Assembly: GCA_017936265.1 (NCBI GenBank)
Contig: JAGBFX010000025.1
Coordinates: 33,427-97,426, forward strand
DNA length: 64,000 bases
Source of the DNA: Bacteroidaceae bacterium
GTDB taxonomy: Bacteria; Bacteroidota; Bacteroidia; Bacteroidales; Bacteroidaceae
Reading direction: 5' to 3'
This document shows, in pieces, positions 59,319-64,000 of this stretch (its first letter is position 1; each line of letters opens with the position of its first letter). Both the position numbers and the translations under genes were made by a program. The notes below the pieces were generated by a model, which saw only the letters and a program-made list of their open reading frames with translations, did not search any database and had not been told where the DNA came from.

Positions 59319-61247
59319 TTGCTTTCAGTAGACAACATACAGGTCGATTTTGGAGGAACAAACCTCTTCCACGATGTCAGTTTCATTATCAACAAGCGCG
59401 ACAGGATTGCACTTGTAGGCAAGAACGGTGCAGGCAAGAGTACCCTGCTGAAGATTATAGCTGGCTCACAGGCTCCGACATCGGGAAGTATCTCCAAGCC
59501 CAAGAATTTTACCATAGGATACTTGCCACAGGTGATGCACCATACTGACGGGCGCACCGTCTACGAAGAGGCCGAACAGGCATTCGTACATATACACGAG
59601 ATGGAGACACGTCTCGAGAGGATGAACAACGAACTGGCCGAGCGCACCGACTACGACAGCGAGGAGTACCACCAGCTCATAGAAGACTATACCCACCTGA
59701 ACGAGCAGTACACCATGATGGGCGGCAGCCACTATGAGGCAGAGATTGAGCGCACCCTGCAGGGACTGGGATTCTCGCGCACCGACTTCACACGCCCCAC
59801 AAGAGAGTTCAGCGGTGGCTGGCGCATGCGCATCGAGCTTGCCAAGCTGTTGCTGCAGCACCCCGACATACTATTGCTTGATGAGCCCACCAACCACCTC
59901 GACATTGAGAGCATTCAGTGGCTTGAGCAGTTCCTTGCCCGCAGCGGCAATGCAGTGCTGCTTGTGAGCCACGACCGTGCATTCCTGAACGCCGTAACCA
60001 ACCGCACCATAGAAATCTCATGCGGCAGGATCTATGACTACAGACTACCATATGACAAGTTCATGGAGGCACGCAAGGAGCGCCGCGAACAGCAGTTAAG
60101 GGCATATGAGAACCAGCAGAAGGAGATTGCCGACACCAAGGAGTTCATCGAGCGCTTCCGCTACAAGCCCACCAAGGCCGTGCAGGTACAGAGCCGCATC
60201 AAGCAGCTCGAGAAGATGGTTCCCATTGAGATTGACGAGGAAGACACAAGCCGTCTGAGGCTGAAGTTCGCCCCGGCCACACGCAGCGGTAACTACCCCG
60301 TCATATGCGAGGACGCAGCCAAGAGTTTCGGAAGCCACACAGTCTTCAGCGGTGTCAACTTCACTATCAACCGCGGAGAGAAGGTAGCCTTCGTGGGACG
60401 CAACGGCGAGGGAAAGACAACGCTTGTGCGCTGCATACTCGGGGAACTTGACTACGACGGCAAGATAACTATCGGACACAACGTTGAGACAGCATACTTT
60501 GCACAGCACGAAGCACAGTTGCTCGATGAGAGCCTGACAGTGTTCCAGACAATAGACAACGTGGCGACAGGCGACATCCGTCTGCGCATACGCGATATCC
60601 TGGGTGCATTCATGTTCGGCGGAGAGGCATCGGACAAGCCAGTGAAAGTGCTGTCGGGAGGCGAGAGGAGCCGTCTTGCAATGATACGTCTTCTGCTGCG
60701 CCAGATGAACCTTCTCATACTTGACGAGCCCACCAACCACCTCGACATGCAGTCAAAAGATGTGCTCAAGGAGGCAATACGTGACTTTGACGGTACAGTC
60801 ATCATCGTAAGCCACGACCGCGAGTTCCTTGACGGGCTTGTGACAAAGGTCTATGAGTTCGGCGAGGGCAAGGTACGCGAGCACCTCGGAGGCATATATG
60901 ACTACCTTGCACGCAAGAACGCGAGCAACATCAACGAGGCACTCTCGCTCACAAAAAGCCCTACACAGGCAAGCGAGGCACCAAAGCCCGCAAACGAGAA
61001 CAGGCTGAGCTATGAAGCCGAGAAACAACTGCAGAAGCAGCGCCGCAAACTCGAGAAGCAGGTCGAAGAGAACGAGAAGAGCATAAACGAGCTCGAAGGT
61101 GCAATATCGGCACTCGAGGCACTGATGAGCACTGCCGAGGGCAGTACTCCCGAGAATTTCACGAAGTATGCCACGCTAAAGAAACAGCTCGATGATGCAG
61201 TCAGCGAGTGGGAGAAAAGCATGGAAGAATTTGAAAGCCTACAATGA
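59319..61247 (+). CDS. ABC-F family ATPase (two ABC domains, no TM domain)
   Basis: TTG start and 642 aa. Walker A motifs are GKNGAGKST and GRNGEGKTT. The signatures are FSGGWRMR and LSGGERSR. It has a coiled-coil C-terminal tail. Confidence 0.92.
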   Translation: MLSVDNIQVDFGGTNLFHDVSFIINKRDRIALVGKNGAGKSTLLKIIAGSQAPTSGSISKPKNFTIGYLPQVMHHTDGRTVYEEAEQAFVHIHEMETRLERMNNELAERTDYDSEEYHQLIEDYTHLNEQYTMMGGSHYEAEIERTLQGLGFSRTDFTRPTREFSGGWRMRIELAKLLLQHPDILLLDEPTNHLDIESIQWLEQFLARSGNAVLLVSHDRAFLNAVTNRTIEISCGRIYDYRLPYDKFMEARKERREQQLRAYENQQKEIADTKEFIERFRYKPTKAVQVQSRIKQLEKMVPIEIDEEDTSRLRLKFAPATRSGNYPVICEDAAKSFGSHTVFSGVNFTINRGEKVAFVGRNGEGKTTLVRCILGELDYDGKITIGHNVETAYFAQHEAQLLDESLTVFQTIDNVATGDIRLRIRDILGAFMFGGEASDKPVKVLSGGERSRLAMIRLLLRQMNLLILDEPTNHLDMQSKDVLKEAIRDFDGTVIIVSHDREFLDGLVTKVYEFGEGKVREHLGGIYDYLARKNASNINEALSLTKSPTQASEAPKPANENRLSYEAEKQLQKQRRKLEKQVEENEKSINELEGAISALEALMSTAEGSTPENFTKYATLKKQLDDAVSEWEKSMEEFESLQ

Positions 61248-61270
61248 CGCCAAGGGCGAATAGTACCCAA

Positions 61271-61298
61271 CACTAAACACTAAACATTAAACAACCAA
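61271..61298 (+). repeat. 7-nt tandem repeat (CAYTAAA) x3-4 downstream of the ABC-F gene and upstream of the M13 peptidase
   Basis: cactaaa cactaaa cattaaa caaccaa. Confidence 0.8.
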
Positions 61299-61308
61299 TT
61301 ATAAACAT

Positions 61309-63333
61309 ATGAAAAAAATATTTATCTGCATGGCCATGGCATTAAGCTTTGGTGCTTGCACAACAAACGAAACTATGGAGACAAAATTGATGTCAAACCT
61401 GGACACCACCCAGGAGCCGGGTACCGACTTTTTCCAGTATGCTACCGGCGGATGGCAGAAAGCCAACCCTATGACTGATGAGTATGCACGCTACGGCCAG
61501 TTCGATGCGCTGCGCGAGAATAACCGCGAGCAGCTCAAGGAGCTTGTCCTTGAACAGGCAGCCAAGCAGAGCGAGCCAGGCAGCAATGCCCAGAAGGTAG
61601 GCGACCTCTACAACATGGTCATGGACAGCACACGCCGCAATGCCGAGGGTACTGCAGCCGTGAAGCCACTGATGGATGAGGTTGCGGCAATCAAGGAGAA
61701 AAGCGAAATAATCCCTCTCATGGCAAGGAACTACCGCGTAGGCATAGGCGGTTTCTTCGGTACAGGCATCGGAACCGACATCATGAACAGCAACGTCAAC
61801 CAGCTGGGTATATACCAGGGCGGTCTCTCGCTCCCCGAGAAGGAGTACTACAGCGACAACGATGACAACACTCTGTACATTCGTGCGAAATTCAACGACT
61901 ACGTTGTCAACATGTTCAAGCTACACGGTTTCAGCGAGGAGGAGGCAATGAAAAAGAAAGATGCCGTACTCGCTATCGAGACACGCATCGCTGCAAAGCA
62001 CCTGAGCCGCGTTGAGCGCCGCAACCCGCTCAACAGCTACCACAAGATGTCATATGCCGACCTCAAGAAGGAGATTCCGGGAATCGACTGGGACGCATAC
62101 TACTCAATCCTCGGTATCAACGGCATCGAGCAGTTGAACCTCGCTCATCCCGAGGCAATCAAGGAGGTTGCAGCCATCATCAACGACACCGACCTCAACG
62201 ACATCAAGGCATACCTCGAGTGGAGAATCATCCGCTCGACATGCAACGAGCTTACCGACGCCCTCGAGGAGGAGACATTCGCGTTCTACGGTACAGTGCT
62301 CAGCGGCAAGAAGGTACAGCAGCCACGCTGGAAACGTGCGGTATCTACCGTTGACGGCGCACTGGGCGACATCATCGGCGAGCTTTATGTAGCAAAGCAT
62401 TTCCCGCCTGCAGCAAAGGAGCGCATGACACAGCTTGTAAAGAACCTGCAGATTGCACTCGGCGAGCGCATCGACGCACAGGAGTGGATGAGCCAGGAGA
62501 CAAAGAAGGCGGCTCATGAGAAGCTGAACACCTTTACCGTGAAGATTGGCTACCCCGACAAGTGGGATGACTACAGCGGCCTCATCGTTGACCCTTCACT
62601 CACATATTCCGAGAACTGTCGCAGGATGTCAGAGTTCGGTTGGAAGAAACACATCGATGAGAAGTGGGGCAAGCCCGTTGACCGCGAGGAGTGGCACATG
62701 ACGCCGCAGACAGTGAACGCATACTACAACCCCACCACAAACGAGATCTGTTTCCCCGCAGGTATCCTGCAGTACCCGTTCTTCGACATGGCCGAGGATG
62801 ACGCGTTCAACTATGGCGCTATCGGCGTTGTCATCGGTCACGAGATGACACACGGCTTCGATGACCAGGGCCGTCAGTTCGACAAGGACGGTAACTTCGC
62901 CAACTGGTGGACCGATGAGGATGCACAGAAATTCAACGAGCGTACACAGGTCATTGTAGACTTTTTCGACAAGATCGAAGTCCTCCCGGGCCTCTACGCC
63001 AACGGCAAGCTCACACTCGGCGAGAACATAGCCGACCATGGCGGTCTAACAATCTCAATGCAGGCATTCAAGAACGCCACAAAGGATAATCCTCTGCCTG
63101 TAATCGGCGGCTTCACCCCCGAGCAGCGTTTCTACCTCTCATATGCCGGTGTATGGGCAGGACATGTGCGCGATGAAGAGATTCGTAACCTCACTAAGAG
63201 CGATGTACACTCACTCTCACGTTGGAGAGTGAACGCTACACTCCCCCACATCGACGACTGGTACACCGCATTCGGCATAACAGAGGAGAGCCCCATGTTC
63301 GTACCCGCAGAGGAGCGTCTGAAGATTTGGTAA
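61309..63333 (+). CDS. M13 family zinc metallopeptidase (PepO/neprilysin-like) lipoprotein
   Basis: Lipobox MALSFGAC, HEMTH zinc motif (VIGHEMTHGFD), and ENIADHGG. Confidence 0.93.
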   Translation: MKKIFICMAMALSFGACTTNETMETKLMSNLDTTQEPGTDFFQYATGGWQKANPMTDEYARYGQFDALRENNREQLKELVLEQAAKQSEPGSNAQKVGDLYNMVMDSTRRNAEGTAAVKPLMDEVAAIKEKSEIIPLMARNYRVGIGGFFGTGIGTDIMNSNVNQLGIYQGGLSLPEKEYYSDNDDNTLYIRAKFNDYVVNMFKLHGFSEEEAMKKKDAVLAIETRIAAKHLSRVERRNPLNSYHKMSYADLKKEIPGIDWDAYYSILGINGIEQLNLAHPEAIKEVAAIINDTDLNDIKAYLEWRIIRSTCNELTDALEEETFAFYGTVLSGKKVQQPRWKRAVSTVDGALGDIIGELYVAKHFPPAAKERMTQLVKNLQIALGERIDAQEWMSQETKKAAHEKLNTFTVKIGYPDKWDDYSGLIVDPSLTYSENCRRMSEFGWKKHIDEKWGKPVDREEWHMTPQTVNAYYNPTTNEICFPAGILQYPFFDMAEDDAFNYGAIGVVIGHEMTHGFDDQGRQFDKDGNFANWWTDEDAQKFNERTQVIVDFFDKIEVLPGLYANGKLTLGENIADHGGLTISMQAFKNATKDNPLPVIGGFTPEQRFYLSYAGVWAGHVRDEEIRNLTKSDVHSLSRWRVNATLPHIDDWYTAFGITEESPMFVPAEERLKIW

Positions 63334-63346
63334 AATAATAAAGGAG

Positions 63347-63381
63347 CAACTTTCAACTTTTCAGTTTTCACATTTCCGTTT
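63347..63381 (+). repeat. 7-nt-phased heptad array in the metA leader
   Basis: caacttt caacttt tcagttt tcacatt tccgttt, ending 5 nt before the metA ATG. Confidence 0.75.
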
Positions 63382-63386
63382 ATACA

Positions 63387-64000
63387 ATGCCGATAAAAGT
63401 ACCTGCCGGACTGCCGGCCCTGCAAGCAGTCATTGACGAGGGGAACGCGGTAGAGCTCTTTGAAGAGCCTACCGTGCACACCCGTCGTGTGGCACTGCTC
63501 AACATAATGCCCATGAAGGAGACCACCGAGGCCGACTTCATACGTCTGCTTGCCGCCACAGGCGAGGAGTTAGAGCTCACACTCATGAAACTCGACACCC
63601 ACACACCGAAACACGCCAGCCCCGAGCACATGAACCGCTATTATAAGTCGTTCTGCGAGCTAAGGAACGAGCATTTCGACGGGCTTATAATAACAGGCGC
63701 ACCCATTGAGAAGATAGAGTTCGAGGAGGTTACCTACTGGCCCGAGTTGTGCGAGATATTCGCATGGGCAAAGAGAAACGTAACCTCTACCCTCTTTATC
63801 TGCTGGGCTGCACAGGCAGGACTTTACCGGAAGTTCGGCATACATAAACATCTGCTCCCGGCAAAAATGTTCGGCATATTCCCGCACAGCATAGCCCGTC
63901 CTGAGCACCCGCTCTTTACAGGGCTTGGCAGTACTATCTACGTTCCGCACAGCCGCCACACCGCGATACACCGCGAGGATGTCGTTGCATGCGACAAGGT
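63387..64000 (+). CDS. metA: Homoserine O-acyltransferase MetA (3' end cut by window edge)
   Basis: My own translation from the ATG at 63387 gives MPIKVPAGLPALQAVIDEGN...VALLNIMPMKETTE...GLIITGAPIE...LFICWAAQAGLY. The frame stays open to the window end. Confidence 0.9.
   Translation, partial: MPIKVPAGLPALQAVIDEGNAVELFEEPTVHTRRVALLNIMPMKETTEADFIRLLAATGEELELTLMKLDTHTPKHASPEHMNRYYKSFCELRNEHFDGLIITGAPIEKIEFEEVTYWPELCEIFAWAKRNVTSTLFICWAAQAGLYRKFGIHKHLLPAKMFGIFPHSIARPEHPLFTGLGSTIYVPHSRHTAIHREDVVACDK

Noticed and set aside
60096-60740. 214-aa ORF antisense to the ABC-F gene, along with other antisense ORFs such as 733-1275, 9759-10418, 46470-47006 and 55795-56322
   Set aside because: All are embedded antisense in genes with unambiguous family signatures. 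They have no independent start context or homology.

Overview
A chromosomal segment that looks like Bacteroidales. This is an inference from protein similarity, SD-less AT-rich leaders and TAnnTTTG-type -7 boxes. Most of it is housekeeping and densely packed.

Plus-strand left part:
- typA (5'-truncated), a TlpA-like lipoprotein and comM/yifB.
- A low-GC two-gene insertion.
- LOG, a polytopic membrane protein and a HemD-like protein.
- rnpA-yidD-tatD.
- A 3-gene amino-sugar module (FdtA-like, double-GNAT, DegT).
- tRNA-Gln.

Minus-strand centre:
- luxS-mtnN and a Gate-domain membrane protein.
- nqrABCDEF.
- The complete str/S10/spc/alpha ribosomal protein supercluster, rpsL to rplQ, including fusA, secY, map, infA and rpoA.
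- obg, adk and hpt.

Right part: ffh, folD, a CapA-family protein, an EamA transporter, truA, rsmE, a bifunctional nuclease, a nucleoside permease, recF plus DUF721, a TPR protein, ribH, reverse rubrerythrin plus a Fur/PerR-like regulator, an ABC-F ATPase, an M13 peptidase and metA (3'-truncated).

I saw no rRNA, CRISPR array, transposase or integrase.

Best candidate for something undescribed is 4293-7108. It encodes a 799-aa protein with 4 TM helices, two Rossmann/TrkA-N-like domains and a RyR-like C-terminal domain. A 139-aa orphan ORF overlaps it by ATGA. The pair is clearly AT-richer than its flanks and sits between comM and a LOG-family gene with no obvious terminator.

Other unusual items:
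- A rubredoxin-like zinc ribbon fused to the N-terminus of NqrC.
- A dispersed family of strictly 7-nt-phased, G-poor heptad arrays in at least 7 intergenic leaders.
- A 113/114-bp tandem array that reiterates the 3' end of ribH.
- An 85-bp tandem array that reiterates a promoter-like unit upstream of recF.
- A thioredoxin-fold lipoprotein lacking its CXXC.

All family names come from reading the translations. No database search was run.
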